This document shows, piece by piece, positions 1 through 9,301 of a stretch of 64,000 nucleotides of DNA (positions are counted from its first letter, which is position 1; the number at the start of each line of letters is the position of its first letter). The stretch spans positions 11,343 to 75,342 of the forward strand of contig JAHFJJ010000003.1 of the NCBI GenBank assembly GCA_023245895.1, given 5' to 3'. The position numbers and the translations under genes were made by a program. This stretch comes from Candidatus Doudnabacteria bacterium. Its GTDB lineage: Bacteria; Patescibacteriota; Doudnabacteria; UBA920. A model generated the notes under the pieces. That model saw nothing but the letters and a program-made list of their open reading frames with translations. It did not search any database and was not told where the DNA came from.

Positions 1-1408
1 TTTTTACCGCGGGCACGTTTAAACTGCCGGCCATGGCTTTGCGCATGGAAATCGGCCCATAACTTTCACCGCTGTAGTTTTGGGGGATGTAGCTTTTGCC
101 GGCGTAGGTGCCAAAATTAGTTACTACATCTACCAGTAAAGAGGCGGGAGAATAGCCAAAATCTTTTTTAAATGCTGTGCCGTAAACATAAGGCTTAAAA
201 CTGGAGCCGGGCTGGCGTTGGGACAGCGCCACGTTTACGTTGGGTTCAAACAAACATGTCTTGCCGGGTTTACAGCCTTCTGGTTCGGATTTCCCAAAGT
301 AATCTTTACTGCCGACCATGGCAAGAATTTGCCCGGTCTTTGGGTCAATGGCAACTAAGGCAGCGTTGTTTATGTTGTATTTTTTGCTTTCTTTTTCTAT
401 GTCGTCCTTAACCACTTTTTCGGCTATGTCCTGGAGTTTTGGGTCCAATGTGGTATAAACTTTCAGTCCGCCTTCTTCCAAAGTTTTCTCGCCGTACTTG
501 TTGGCTAAGTAATCTTGCACCCATAAAACGAAATGCGGCGCTTTAATGCCGTTGCTTAATTCCGCGAATTCTACTTTGGTTTCTTTTGCCTGTTTTTCCT
601 GTTCTTCATTAATGTAGCCCTGTTGCCTCATGACAGAAAGGATGGTGTTTTTCCTGTTATCCAGCGCTTCCCTGTTTGGGCCAAAGGGGTTGTAGTAAGT
701 CGGGGCCTGGGGCATTCCGGCAAGGTAGGCGCTTTCGGCCAGGCTTAAATTTTTAGCCGATTTATTGAAGTAACTAAGCGAAGCGGCTTCTATCCCGTAG
801 GCGTTCCGGCCGTATGGGATTTCGTTTAAATAGAGTTTTAGAATTTCATCTTTGGAAAAACGCGAGTCAATGAGCACCGCTAAAATAAGTTCGCGGATTT
901 TTCTGTCCCAGGATTTGTCATCGGTTAAAATGGCTTTTTTTACAAATTGCTGGGTAATGGTACTGCCACCCTGGCTTTTACTGCCCGTCAAAATATCCAC
1001 CATAATGGCCCTGGCAATGCCGGTTAAGGAAATTCCGCCGTGTTTAAAAAAGTCTTTGTCTTCAACCGCCACCGTGGCGTTTTTTAAATCAGGCGAGATT
1101 TGGTCCAGGTTAACCTGCGTGCGCTTGTATTCGCCGTGGATTTCGTAAAGCAGGCTGTTGTCCCGCGCGAAGATTTTGGTAGATTCCGGAACATTTCTAT
1201 CCAGCAGTTTGTTGGGATCCGGCAGGTCTTTGGCGTAGTATAAAAACAACACGGCCGTAAATAAAACGCCGAGGGCAAAAATTCTGAACAGCCAGGTAAA
1301 AGTTTTTTTAAGGTTAAATTTGCCGAACTTAAAGCGGAATTTTTTTCCGGATTTGGGTTTACGGTTTTCCGAGTTAATTTTTGGGGTTTTGTAGCTGTAT
1401 ACGCGCAT
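1..1408 (-). CDS. Class A penicillin-binding protein (GT51 transglycosylase + start of transpeptidase), partial, C-terminus beyond window edge
   Basis: Reverse-strand translation gives MRVYSYKTPKINSENRKP... with an N-terminal TM anchor, the EDKDFFKHGGIS glycosyltransferase motif and ...GSLNVPAVK at the window edge. ATG at 1406-1408 (rc). No stop inside window, so absent from ORF track. Confidence 0.75.
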   Translation of the reverse strand, partial: MRVYSYKTPKINSENRKPKSGKKFRFKFGKFNLKKTFTWLFRIFALGVLFTAVLFLYYAKDLPDPNKLLDRNVPESTKIFARDNSLLYEIHGEYKRTQVNLDQISPDLKNATVAVEDKDFFKHGGISLTGIARAIMVDILTGSKSQGGSTITQQFVKKAILTDDKSWDRKIRELILAVLIDSRFSKDEILKLYLNEIPYGRNAYGIEAASLSYFNKSAKNLSLAESAYLAGMPQAPTYYNPFGPNREALDNRKNTILSVMRQQGYINEEQEKQAKETKVEFAELSNGIKAPHFVLWVQDYLANKYGEKTLEEGGLKVYTTLDPKLQDIAEKVVKDDIEKESKKYNINNAALVAIDPKTGQILAMVGSKDYFGKSEPEGCKPGKTCLFEPNVNVALSQRQPGSSFKPYVYGTAFKKDFGYSPASLLVDVVTNFGTYAGKSYIPQNYSGESYGPISMRKAMAGSLNVPAVK

Positions 1409-1680
1409 ACCCAGTAGAATTTCTTTGCGATTAATTAGTTGTAAAATCTATAAAATAAACAGGACTTTGATTATGCCCTAAAGTTTGCTAATCAACAGGC
1501 GCAAACAAGTTCTGCTGGGCATATGGTAGATTATACCTTTTTTGATTAATGATTGACAAATAGGAAAAATAATGATAGTATAGTGTTATATGAAGATTTC
1601 TTCTTCACAAATCAACAGCTATTACTACGCAACCTCCTTGCAGAGATTGCGGTAATTTGAAATTGTAATTTATTTTCAAA

Positions 1681-1712
1681 CCGCCTCCCTGCAGGGAGGC
1701 GGTTTTTGTTTA
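1681..1712. terminator. Palindromic hairpin ccgcctccctgcagggaggcgg followed by T-run; rho-independent terminator-like
   Basis: Perfect 9-bp stem with 4-nt loop, then ttttt, seen directly. Confidence 0.5.
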
Positions 1713-1966
1713 CCTAAATTTATTAAATATAGAAAACAATCCGCCGAATCCGCCTTAGGCGGAGAAGGCGGATAGGATGAATATCATATGACTTTAAATT
1801 TTACTCAACTAAACCCTTATTATTACAACCCTTTTCATAAGGTCAGTTTCAAGGCGCCGAAGAGTTATTGGTTATAAATTATCAATTATTAGTTATTTCT
1901 TCAGCTCCTCCAACTGGCCTTATTATAGGGCCGGTTTTTTTGTTTTTGAAAAACGAAAGGAGGAAA

Positions 1967-2638
1967 ATGAAAATAAAAACTATCGGGATTTTGGGAGGTC
2001 TTGGGCCGGAAACCACCGCAGAGTTTTATCTTAATTTGGTCAGGATGGCAACCGCACAGACCAGGCCGCCGGCTTGTATTTGGAGCCTGCCGCTGAACCT
2101 TAAAAAGGAGAGTGAATATATAAGCACAGGCAAGCACCTTGCTTATTACTTCTCTTTGCTAAAGCAAGGAGCAGAGGCGCTTGAAAAAGCGGGGTGCGAA
2201 AGACTCGTTATCCCCTGCAACACGGTCCACGAGTTCCATTCACGCCTAGCCAAAGCAGTTAATGTGCCTGTCACCAACTTGATTGAAGTCGTTGGCGGAG
2301 AAATCAATCGCCGCGGCTGGAAAAAAGTTTTTCTGATGGCAACTAGCCGCACGCTAAAGACAAGGCTTTACCAAAAAATTCTTTTGGGGTCGGGCATTGA
2401 GACAGTCATTCCCGCCTCGCAAGACCAAAGCAAGTTGGACAGGCTGGTTCAGGGTTTGTTGGGAGAAAAGGCCTCAACAACACATCAGGAGTTTTTGGAG
2501 AAGATGGTAAGTCGGAGCAAATCACAACACATCGTCCTTGGTTGCACTGACTTGCAATTACTTTTTCCCGCATCGGCAAGTGTTGTTGACAGTATGCACA
2601 CACTAGCGGCTTACACAGCTCAGCAGATTAAAATTTAA
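1967..2638 (+). CDS. Aspartate/glutamate racemase family protein (Asp racemase-like)
   Basis: MKIKTIGILGGLGPETTAEFY N-terminus typical of Asp/Glu/hydantoin racemase family. RBS aaggagg 6 nt upstream of ATG 1967. The longer ORF from 1868 has no RBS. Confidence 0.65.
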   Translation: MKIKTIGILGGLGPETTAEFYLNLVRMATAQTRPPACIWSLPLNLKKESEYISTGKHLAYYFSLLKQGAEALEKAGCERLVIPCNTVHEFHSRLAKAVNVPVTNLIEVVGGEINRRGWKKVFLMATSRTLKTRLYQKILLGSGIETVIPASQDQSKLDRLVQGLLGEKASTTHQEFLEKMVSRSKSQHIVLGCTDLQLLFPASASVVDSMHTLAAYTAQQIKI

Positions 2639-2648
2639 AGGAGGCAGT

Positions 2649-3371
2649 ATGAAAGTTCTAGTTTTGGGTTTAGGCAAGTTCGGCATGTTTTTAGTTCAGC
2701 ATTTGGTTGCGGCCGGGCTTGAGGTTTACGGCTCTGACACCAACGCGGCTAAAAGGCAGGAACTGGAGGCTTGCGGGGGAGTTTGGCAACCGGAACAATT
2801 TTGTCCCGATGTGGTTATATTGGCCTTGTTTCCCAGCCAGATGACACCAGAGTTGCTTTTGGGACTTTGGCCGTCATCGCTGCTTGTGAATATAAGCAGT
2901 GTGCAGGCGCCGGGTATTGCCGCGCTACGGGAGGCGATTGGAATCGGCATCGAACGGATTTTTAGCCTCCATCCCCTGTTCGGCCCGGTGGCAGTCGCTA
3001 AGTCGGGCTGGGTAGGCAAGCAAATTGTCGTCACGCTTGAACCGTCTAATGACTGGCGAGCTGTTCAACTACTGGAGACTTTTGTAAGCAAGGGTGTGGT
3101 GATTGACAGGATGTCATCGACCGAGCATGACCACAAAATGCTCACCCATGCGCTGGCTTTCTTTCTGGCAGAGTTCATCCAAGCCGGAGCCGAAAGAGCG
3201 GATCCACGCTACCTTACAAGTTCCGCGCGGCATATGCTGGGTTTGCTGGACTATACGGCCGATTCCGCGGAGTTGCGGCATCTGATTCTTTCCAACCCAT
3301 CTCTCAAACAGCTTTTCCCAAAGCTACAAGGAGTCTGGGATGGGCTAGCGCAAGAGTTCGGTTTGCTATAG
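2649..3371 (+). CDS. Prephenate/arogenate dehydrogenase-like NAD(P)-binding protein (TyrA family)
   Basis: N-terminal GxGxxG Rossmann motif (VLGLGKFG). SLHPLFGP and STEHDHKMLTHALAFFLA resemble the HPMAG and HD...SHLPH motifs of prephenate dehydrogenases. RBS aaggagg upstream. Confidence 0.5.
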   Translation: MKVLVLGLGKFGMFLVQHLVAAGLEVYGSDTNAAKRQELEACGGVWQPEQFCPDVVILALFPSQMTPELLLGLWPSSLLVNISSVQAPGIAALREAIGIGIERIFSLHPLFGPVAVAKSGWVGKQIVVTLEPSNDWRAVQLLETFVSKGVVIDRMSSTEHDHKMLTHALAFFLAEFIQAGAERADPRYLTSSARHMLGLLDYTADSAELRHLILSNPSLKQLFPKLQGVWDGLAQEFGLL

Positions 3372-3449
3372 TGCTGGTTTGGGGCGGAAAGATATTCTCT
3401 TTCCGCCCGTATTTTAAATAACCGATAAAAATGTTATTATAATATCATT

Positions 3450-4619
3450 ATGAATCCAATTGAAGAATTACTAACCAGAGGCGTAGAGGAAGTAATAGAC
3501 AAGGCTCATTTAGAGTCTTTATTAAAGTCTAAAAAAAAGCTTAGGATAAAACTCGGCATAGACCCAACTTCCCCCAATATCCATATTGGCAGGGCGGTTG
3601 CTTTGTGGAAACTTCGGGCGTTCCAAGAGCTTGGGCACCAGGTAATTTTTATTGTAGGCGACTTTACAGGGTTAATTGGCGATACCGCGGACAAAGATAG
3701 TGAGCGGCCAATGTTAAGCGAAGTCGAAATAAAGACAAATTTAAGAACTTACTTCAAGCAGGCCTTTAAAATTTTAGATCCTAAAAAAACAGAAACCCAT
3801 TATAATTCCAAGTGGCTGAAAAAATTAGGTTTTTTAGAAATCGGTAAAATGGCCAACTTATTTGGGCTCCACGAATTTGAATCCAGGGAGAACATTGCCA
3901 AGCGTATGAAAGCAGGTAAGAGAGTTTCTTTGCGCGAATTGCTCTACCCCATAATGCAGGGCTACGATTCAGTTGCCATAAAGGCAGATGTGGAACTTGG
4001 CGGAACGGACCAGCGCTTTAATTTTTTGGCAGGCAGGACTATTCAGCCGGCTTATGGACAACAGGGCCAGGACATTATAACCTTACAGCTTATGGAAGGC
4101 ACGGACGGCCGTAAAATGTCTTCTTCCTGGGGTAATGTAATTAACATTACGGACGAGCCTAACGACATGTTCGGCAAGGTAATGTCTATTACAGATGAGC
4201 TAATAAAAAAATATTTTGTGCTGGCAACTAGGGTGGATATTACGGAAATTGATGAAATTATGAAATTGCCGAACCCGCGTGACCAAAAAATTATCTTAGC
4301 CGAAAAATTAACAGGTCTTTACCATGGCGACAAAAAAGCTGCCGGCGCAAAGGAAGCTTTTATTTCTCAATTCAGTAAGGGTGAACTGCCGGAAGACATT
4401 GAAATTAAATTTTTGCCTTCAGGCTTCATACCAACAGTTTCAGTGACGACATCCTTTTTGGTTGGTATTAGTAAATCAGAGGCTAAGAGGCTGATGGATC
4501 AAGGTGGTTTAAAGATAGATTCTAAAGTGGTTAAGGAAGATAAAATAATCGAAGATATAGAGAAAGAGCATTTGCTTCAGGCAGGAAAAAGAAGATTTTT
4601 TAAATTCAAAAGAAAATAG
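3450..4619 (+). CDS. tyrS: Tyrosine--tRNA ligase (class I aaRS with C-terminal S4 domain)
   Basis: HIGH-type motif (PNIHIGRA), GGTDQ motif, KMSSS (KMSKS variant), C-terminal S4-like RNA-binding region. Confidence 0.8.
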   Translation: MNPIEELLTRGVEEVIDKAHLESLLKSKKKLRIKLGIDPTSPNIHIGRAVALWKLRAFQELGHQVIFIVGDFTGLIGDTADKDSERPMLSEVEIKTNLRTYFKQAFKILDPKKTETHYNSKWLKKLGFLEIGKMANLFGLHEFESRENIAKRMKAGKRVSLRELLYPIMQGYDSVAIKADVELGGTDQRFNFLAGRTIQPAYGQQGQDIITLQLMEGTDGRKMSSSWGNVINITDEPNDMFGKVMSITDELIKKYFVLATRVDITEIDEIMKLPNPRDQKIILAEKLTGLYHGDKKAAGAKEAFISQFSKGELPEDIEIKFLPSGFIPTVSVTTSFLVGISKSEAKRLMDQGGLKIDSKVVKEDKIIEDIEKEHLLQAGKRRFFKFKRK

Positions 4620-4627
4620 CAAACATA

Positions 4628-4660
4628 AAACCCCCTCGCTTATGAGGGGGTTTTAATTCA
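4628..4660 (+). terminator. Rho-independent terminator after tyrS
   Basis: aaaaccccctcgcttatgagggggtttt hairpin with flanking A/T runs. Confidence 0.6.
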
Positions 4661-4902
4661 GCGTCTGATCAGCGTTATTATCCGCGAGTAATCGGCGGCT
4701 GTTACATTGCGGCATTCATACCTTCGCCGCCGTCTTTGCCATCTTCGTCGTCTGTAGCAGGGGCATCAGTTGCAGGGGCGTCGGCCGTTCCGCCGTCTGC
4801 GCCCATGCCGTCTTCGTCGTCAAAAAACATATATTTTATTTTTTAATGGTAAGCCTAAAAACTTATAAAAATTATATCAAGGGATATTTATAATGTCTAG
4901 CG

Positions 4903-4954
4903 TAGCGTGCCCATTTATGGGCGTCCTCATATCGCCGATAAATCGGCACGCTAC
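4903..4954. repeat. Family C ~52-bp structured palindromic repeat, copy 1 (outer stem gtagcgtgcc/ggcacgctac, inner hairpins gcccatttatgggc and gccgataaatcggc)
   Basis: Near-identical copies at 6151-6203 and, inverted, at 47428-47480. Confidence 0.8.
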
Positions 4955-5433
4955 ATCTTATATTTAGTAAAATAATGTCCGGCACACAGCGCAATGGCTA
5001 TTGCATCTGCCGCGTCGTCGGGTTTGGGAGGTGTTTTGAGCTTAAAAGTTTGCTGTACTACATATTGCACCTGTTTTTTTTCGGCCTTGCCATAGCCGCA
5101 AATAAAATTTTTAACTTGCAGGGGCGTGAATTCAAAAATAGGCAATTTATTTTTTTGGCAAACAAGCAGGGCTACTCCCCTGGCTTGGGACACAGTCATT
5201 ACGGTTTTTTGGTTGGTGGTTAAAAAAAGTTTTTCTACTCCCACAGCTTCGGGCTTGTATTTTTTTATCAGCTGATTAACATCTGCCGCTAAAATTTCCA
5301 AGCGTTCCGCGTCTGATAATTTTTTGTCAGTTGATATAACCCCAAAGTCAACCAGCTCCGGTTGGGTTTTTGTCTGCTTGATAATGCCGAATCCGGTTGT
5401 GGCGGTTCCGGGATCTATGCCGAGTATTATCAT
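4951..5433 (-). CDS. ruvC: Crossover junction endodeoxyribonuclease RuvC
   Basis: MIILGIDPGTATTGFGII... RNase H-fold RuvC N-terminus, ~160 aa. Confidence 0.85.
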   Translation of the reverse strand: MIILGIDPGTATTGFGIIKQTKTQPELVDFGVISTDKKLSDAERLEILAADVNQLIKKYKPEAVGVEKLFLTTNQKTVMTVSQARGVALLVCQKNKLPIFEFTPLQVKNFICGYGKAEKKQVQYVVQQTFKLKTPPKPDDAADAIAIALCAGHYFTKYKM

Positions 5434-6146
5434 AAGTTTGCCGATGTATGTACCGCTATTACATCTTCATCATTTTCCAATTCCGCGAATAAAGCGTCTA
5501 CTTTGGGTTTTTGTTCTTCTGTTAAGTCCGTTCCCTGTGAAGACTCTTTAATTACGTCTGCCTGGGCTATTTTGGCCCCAGCAGAGAGCAGGGCCTGTTT
5601 AATTTTATTTAAATCTTGCGGCTTGGTGTAGACTTCAAGCCCTTCTGCTGATTCACGCACGTCGTCAGCTCCGACATCAATCGCAGCCATTTCTATCGCG
5701 GGTAAATTACTATCGCGCTCAACTAAAATTTGCCCTTTAGTGTTAAATTGCCAGGCGACGCTCCCCTGCGCGCCTATGTTGCCGCCGTGCTCAGAAAATA
5801 TTTTGCGAATGTTATTAAATGTGCGGTTGCTGTTGTCGGTTATGGCTTCTATTAAAAAAGCTGTTGCAAAAGGTCCGTAGCCTTCGTATACGACTTCTTT
5901 AATGCCCGCGCCTTTTTCGCCCAGGGCAGACTTAATTGCCCGCTCAATGTTGTCATTGGGCATGCCTTGGTCTTTGGCGTAAACTATGGCGCTATTTAAC
6001 CTAAAGTTGGAAGAGGGGTCTCCGCTACCGCCTTCTTTTACGGCAATGGAAATTTTTTTGCTTAACTTGGAAAACAGCGCTCCCCGTTTTTGGTCAAGGA
6101 CGCCTTTGGTGCGTTTAATTTGTGACCATTTGCTGTGACCGCTCAT
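5430..6146 (-). CDS. yebC: YebC/PmpR family DNA-binding transcriptional regulator
   Basis: MSGHSKWSQIKRTKGVLDQKRGALFSKL... canonical YebC N-terminus. 4-bp overlap with ruvC start. Confidence 0.85.
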   Translation of the reverse strand: MSGHSKWSQIKRTKGVLDQKRGALFSKLSKKISIAVKEGGSGDPSSNFRLNSAIVYAKDQGMPNDNIERAIKSALGEKGAGIKEVVYEGYGPFATAFLIEAITDNSNRTFNNIRKIFSEHGGNIGAQGSVAWQFNTKGQILVERDSNLPAIEMAAIDVGADDVRESAEGLEVYTKPQDLNKIKQALLSAGAKIAQADVIKESSQGTDLTEEQKPKVDALFAELENDEDVIAVHTSANL

Positions 6147-6150
6147 AAGT

Positions 6151-6203
6151 GTAGCGTGCCCATTTATGGGCGTCCTTGTACCGCCGATAAATCGGCACGC
6201 TAC
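6151..6203. repeat. Family C structured palindromic repeat, copy 2
   Basis: gtagcgtgcccatttatgggcgtccttgtaccgccgataaatcggcacgctac, between yebC start and rsmI stop. Confidence 0.8.
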
Positions 6204-6211
6204 AAGAAGAC

Positions 6212-6877
6212 TTACTTAAATGATACTAATACCGTCATTTCCCCCTTTATTGCTTGGCGGGTTTTTAGGTCCGCAATAACCTGGTCGGGCGCGCCGCGCA
6301 GAAATTCTTCGTGCATTTTGGTCAGCTCGCGTGCAATTACCACCTGGCTGTTTGGGAAGGCGTTGGAAATGTAGCTTAAGGTTTTCATAATCCGCTCCGG
6401 TGATTCATAAAAAATTGCAGTTGCTTCGGCATTGGCTGCGTCCTGCAAAGCTTGCACAGTTTTAACCGCGGTCTTTTGCAAGAAACCCAGGAATAAAAAT
6501 TTATCCGTAGGAAGTCCCGATGCAGAAAGCGCTGCAATGGCCGCGCTGGCTCCGGGGATTGGAATAACCGAAACATTTTCTTTTATGCATTCTCGCACAA
6601 GCCTAAAGCCAGGGTCTGAAACTCCCGGAGTACCGGCGTCGGTAATTAAACATCCGTCTTCTTTAGCCAAACGGCGGGTCAGGTCTTTAACTATCTGCTG
6701 TTCATTATGTTCGGCAAACTGCACCATTTCTTTTGGCCACGCGCCAACATGCTCCAACAGCCTTTTTGAGTAAAGCGGATTTTCGGCCATGACAAAAACG
6801 GCGGATTTTAAAGTTTCAATCGCGCGAAGGCTTATGTCGCCTAAATTACCAATGGGAGTTGCTACTACGTAAAGCAT
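6212..6877 (-). CDS. rsmI: 16S rRNA (cytidine1402-2'-O)-methyltransferase RsmI
   Basis: MLYVVATPIGNLGDISLRAIETLK... tetrapyrrole-methylase fold, RsmI N-terminus. Confidence 0.8.
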   Translation of the reverse strand: MLYVVATPIGNLGDISLRAIETLKSAVFVMAENPLYSKRLLEHVGAWPKEMVQFAEHNEQQIVKDLTRRLAKEDGCLITDAGTPGVSDPGFRLVRECIKENVSVIPIPGASAAIAALSASGLPTDKFLFLGFLQKTAVKTVQALQDAANAEATAIFYESPERIMKTLSYISNAFPNSQVVIARELTKMHEEFLRGAPDQVIADLKTRQAIKGEMTVLVSFK

Positions 6878-7644
6878 TAATCCAATCCTTTAAGCCAGCT
6901 AATAAAAGTATCTTTCATAAATTTTTGGTGTTCCGGCTCTTTGCTGCCGTGCTCGGCTCCTGCCATTATTGCCAATTGTTTTTCACCGCCCAGTTTGTCC
7001 AAGAGCATTTTTTGGTGCTCCAAAGGGCAGACAGTATCTCTATCCCCCACTATAATTAATACAGGCATGGTTAGGTCGTGGGCCTTAGTCAGTAAGTCGT
7101 ATCTCAGCCGGTCTTCCATATGGGACCATGGCAGTAATTTTTTCTCTCCGGTTTCCGAATTAAATTCTTTTTCCTGTGCGCCTTGTTCTTTCCAAGTTTT
7201 TAAGCTTTCCGGACTTTTTGTTGCGGCGCTTAATTTTCCCGATACTACAGGAGCCAGCAAAAATAAAGCCTTAACTTTTTGTGGGTAGTCTTCAGCGTAA
7301 ACCCCGGCCGTAATGCCGCCCAGGCTTGAGCCAGCCAGAATAAACGGTTCCTTAAACCAGTTTTGGCCGCGTGCCCAGTTTATGACTTCTTTTAAGTCTT
7401 GGTAAAATTCGGTTATGGTTGCGTCTTCTGGTTTGCCGTCGCTTTTTCCGCGATGGTTCCTTGCGTCAAACCTTACAGCGGTATAGCCTTGTTCAAGGCA
7501 AGCTTCGGCAATATTTTTTCCGGTCGGCCTGTCCATATGCGTCCACAGCCCGTGCAGAATGAATACAGGGCCTTTGATATTGCTTTCGCCTTCGACTTTT
7601 ACGGCAATTTTTTGGCCTAATTTATTTTGGATAAAAGTTTCCAT
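6877..7644 (-). CDS. Alpha/beta hydrolase fold protein
   Basis: GSSLGG nucleophile elbow (GxSxG), HG oxyanion motif, ~255 aa. Confidence 0.6.
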   Translation of the reverse strand: METFIQNKLGQKIAVKVEGESNIKGPVFILHGLWTHMDRPTGKNIAEACLEQGYTAVRFDARNHRGKSDGKPEDATITEFYQDLKEVINWARGQNWFKEPFILAGSSLGGITAGVYAEDYPQKVKALFLLAPVVSGKLSAATKSPESLKTWKEQGAQEKEFNSETGEKKLLPWSHMEDRLRYDLLTKAHDLTMPVLIIVGDRDTVCPLEHQKMLLDKLGGEKQLAIMAGAEHGSKEPEHQKFMKDTFISWLKGLD

Positions 7645-7647
7645 ATT

Positions 7648-7926
7648 CTACCAGCCCTTGTCCGGGGCTTCCAAATTAAAAGCGGCTTCTATAAAGTCGT
7701 ATTCGGCTTTGAGTTTGTCGCGTTCTTCTTCCAATTCCTCTTTTTCGCGGCCTTCGGCTTCGTACCACTGGTCGTGGCTGTTTTGCAGTTCATCGTCTAT
7801 CTCCTGAAGCCTGGCATAAGCTTCGGTCTCGTTTTGGGGCCCCTGCTCGCTCCACTCCTCGTACTTCATCCCTAAGGTTTTTTGGTACTTGTCTTCAAAC
7901 AGGCTTTTTATATCATCTGCATCCAT
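7648..7926 (-). CDS. Hypothetical small acidic protein
   Basis: ORF tightly packed behind the hydrolase gene. No recognisable domain. Confidence 0.35.
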   Translation of the reverse strand: MDADDIKSLFEDKYQKTLGMKYEEWSEQGPQNETEAYARLQEIDDELQNSHDQWYEAEGREKEELEEERDKLKAEYDFIEAAFNLEAPDKGW

Positions 7927-8239
7927 ATATTAAATTTAATATTTACCTTGATATTCTACATCAAAAAGGCAAAAAGAAAAACCCCTTAGATTACCTGACC
8001 GTCGGGTCGAATGGTAAAAGGGGTCTTCCGGAAAAGTCAAAAGAAGTTTTTGTAACTATAAGAATAACCTTATAGCCGATTGCCCAGTAAATTAGGGCAA
8101 AAATGACGTTGCCTCGCGGCAATGTTGTTTAAAACTATTGATTTGTTTTTTATTTTGGTTTCTTCTAATGAAGAACTAACTTTTCTATATTCATTATAGC
8201 ACACCTAAATTTTTTTTGCAACCCCCACACCAAACAGAC

Positions 8240-8929
8240 CTACTTTTCGTTTAAAATTGATTTTGCTAAATACATAAAAGGAATATCAATAATTCCAATG
8301 AGCCATTTGATTGTGGTTTGCCCGACGATGAGCCCAAAAATCGGAATTGCTCCGCCATAAAAAGCTATGGTAATAAATATCGCGCTGTCTAGAATCATTG
8401 AGGGAAGAGATGAGAAAACATTGCGCATCCACAAATGTTTGCCTTGGGTTTTATTTTTAAACCAGGCAAAAATATACGCATCCGCGTTTTCGCTAATTAA
8501 GAAAGCTATAAGGCTGGCAACTACAATCCTGGGCACCGAGCCAAGCACAGCTTCAAAAGCCGCCTGGTTTAAAAAGAACGGCGCGGGAGCGGTGTGAATG
8601 GCTAAATAAGAAAACACCACCAAAACAATTTGCGAGCAAAAGGCAATAAAAATCATCCTTTGGGTTTCAGCGCGGCCAAACCTTTCGTTTACAATATCTG
8701 TCAGCAAAAAAGTAACCGCAAAAATAAGCACCGCGGCCGGCGCGAAAATTTGGGTAAAGCCTAAATCAAACCGGATAATTTTGGAAGCTATAATATTGGC
8801 AAACAATATTAAAACAACATACAGCGCCACCAAAGCTTCGGAGCGCCCATAGCGTTTGGCATAAAAAGCGGCGGCTGAAGTTAAAAGCGAAACCATAACT
8901 GCCCAAAAAACAAACAATGAGAGTGTCAT
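8240..8929 (-). CDS. Queuosine precursor transporter (YhhQ/VUT family) - putative
   Basis: ~229-aa polytopic membrane protein. Pattern resembles the YhhQ/DUF165 family. Confidence 0.45.
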   Translation of the reverse strand: MTLSLFVFWAVMVSLLTSAAAFYAKRYGRSEALVALYVVLILFANIIASKIIRFDLGFTQIFAPAAVLIFAVTFLLTDIVNERFGRAETQRMIFIAFCSQIVLVVFSYLAIHTAPAPFFLNQAAFEAVLGSVPRIVVASLIAFLISENADAYIFAWFKNKTQGKHLWMRNVFSSLPSMILDSAIFITIAFYGGAIPIFGLIVGQTTIKWLIGIIDIPFMYLAKSILNEK

Positions 8930-8988
8930 TTAAGTAAATAGTTAAGATTAATAAAATTATTCTATCAAATTGACAAATTTAAATCAAT

Positions 8989-9027
8989 AAAGTAACATGT
9001 TAATACTTAGTATTAACATGTTACTTT
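8989..9027. promoter_or_regulatory. 39-bp near-perfect palindrome (aaagtaacatgttaatacttagtattaacatgttacttt) abutting the antitoxin start codon; putative autoregulatory operator
   Basis: Palindrome broken only at the central dinucleotide. TTGACA at 8970-8975 upstream. Confidence 0.6.
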
Positions 9028-9300
9028 ATGAGAAACACATCTTTAGTCACCATATCTTTGCCTCCGGCAATGGTTAAGGAGTCTGAACGCTTGGCTAAAA
9101 CCAGGCAAATGACCCGCTCGGAGTTTATGCGCGCGGCTATTCGCAGGTTTATAGAAGAGCTAGACAAAACCCAAGCCAAAAGAATCGCTTGGGAAGAAAG
9201 AGATACTCTTAAAGCTATCCAGTCTTTTGAAAAGGCTAAAAAGGCAGGGAAGCTTAAAATTTTACGCCCCGGGGATTTAGCTAAGTGGGCCAAAGAGTAG
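9028..9300 (+). CDS. Ribbon-helix-helix (CopG-like) antitoxin
   Basis: VTISLPPAMVKESERLAKTRQMTRSEFMRAAIRRFIEE is an RHH fold signature. Stop overlaps start of next gene. Confidence 0.65.
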   Translation: MRNTSLVTISLPPAMVKESERLAKTRQMTRSEFMRAAIRRFIEELDKTQAKRIAWEERDTLKAIQSFEKAKKAGKLKILRPGDLAKWAKE

Positions 9301-9301
9301 T

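Noticed and set aside
2726-3285. ORFs 2726-3034(-), 2771-2965(+), 3103-3285(+) inside the TyrA-like gene
   Set aside because: They overlap a longer ORF with RBS and a recognisable Rossmann N-terminus. They arise from locally elevated GC.
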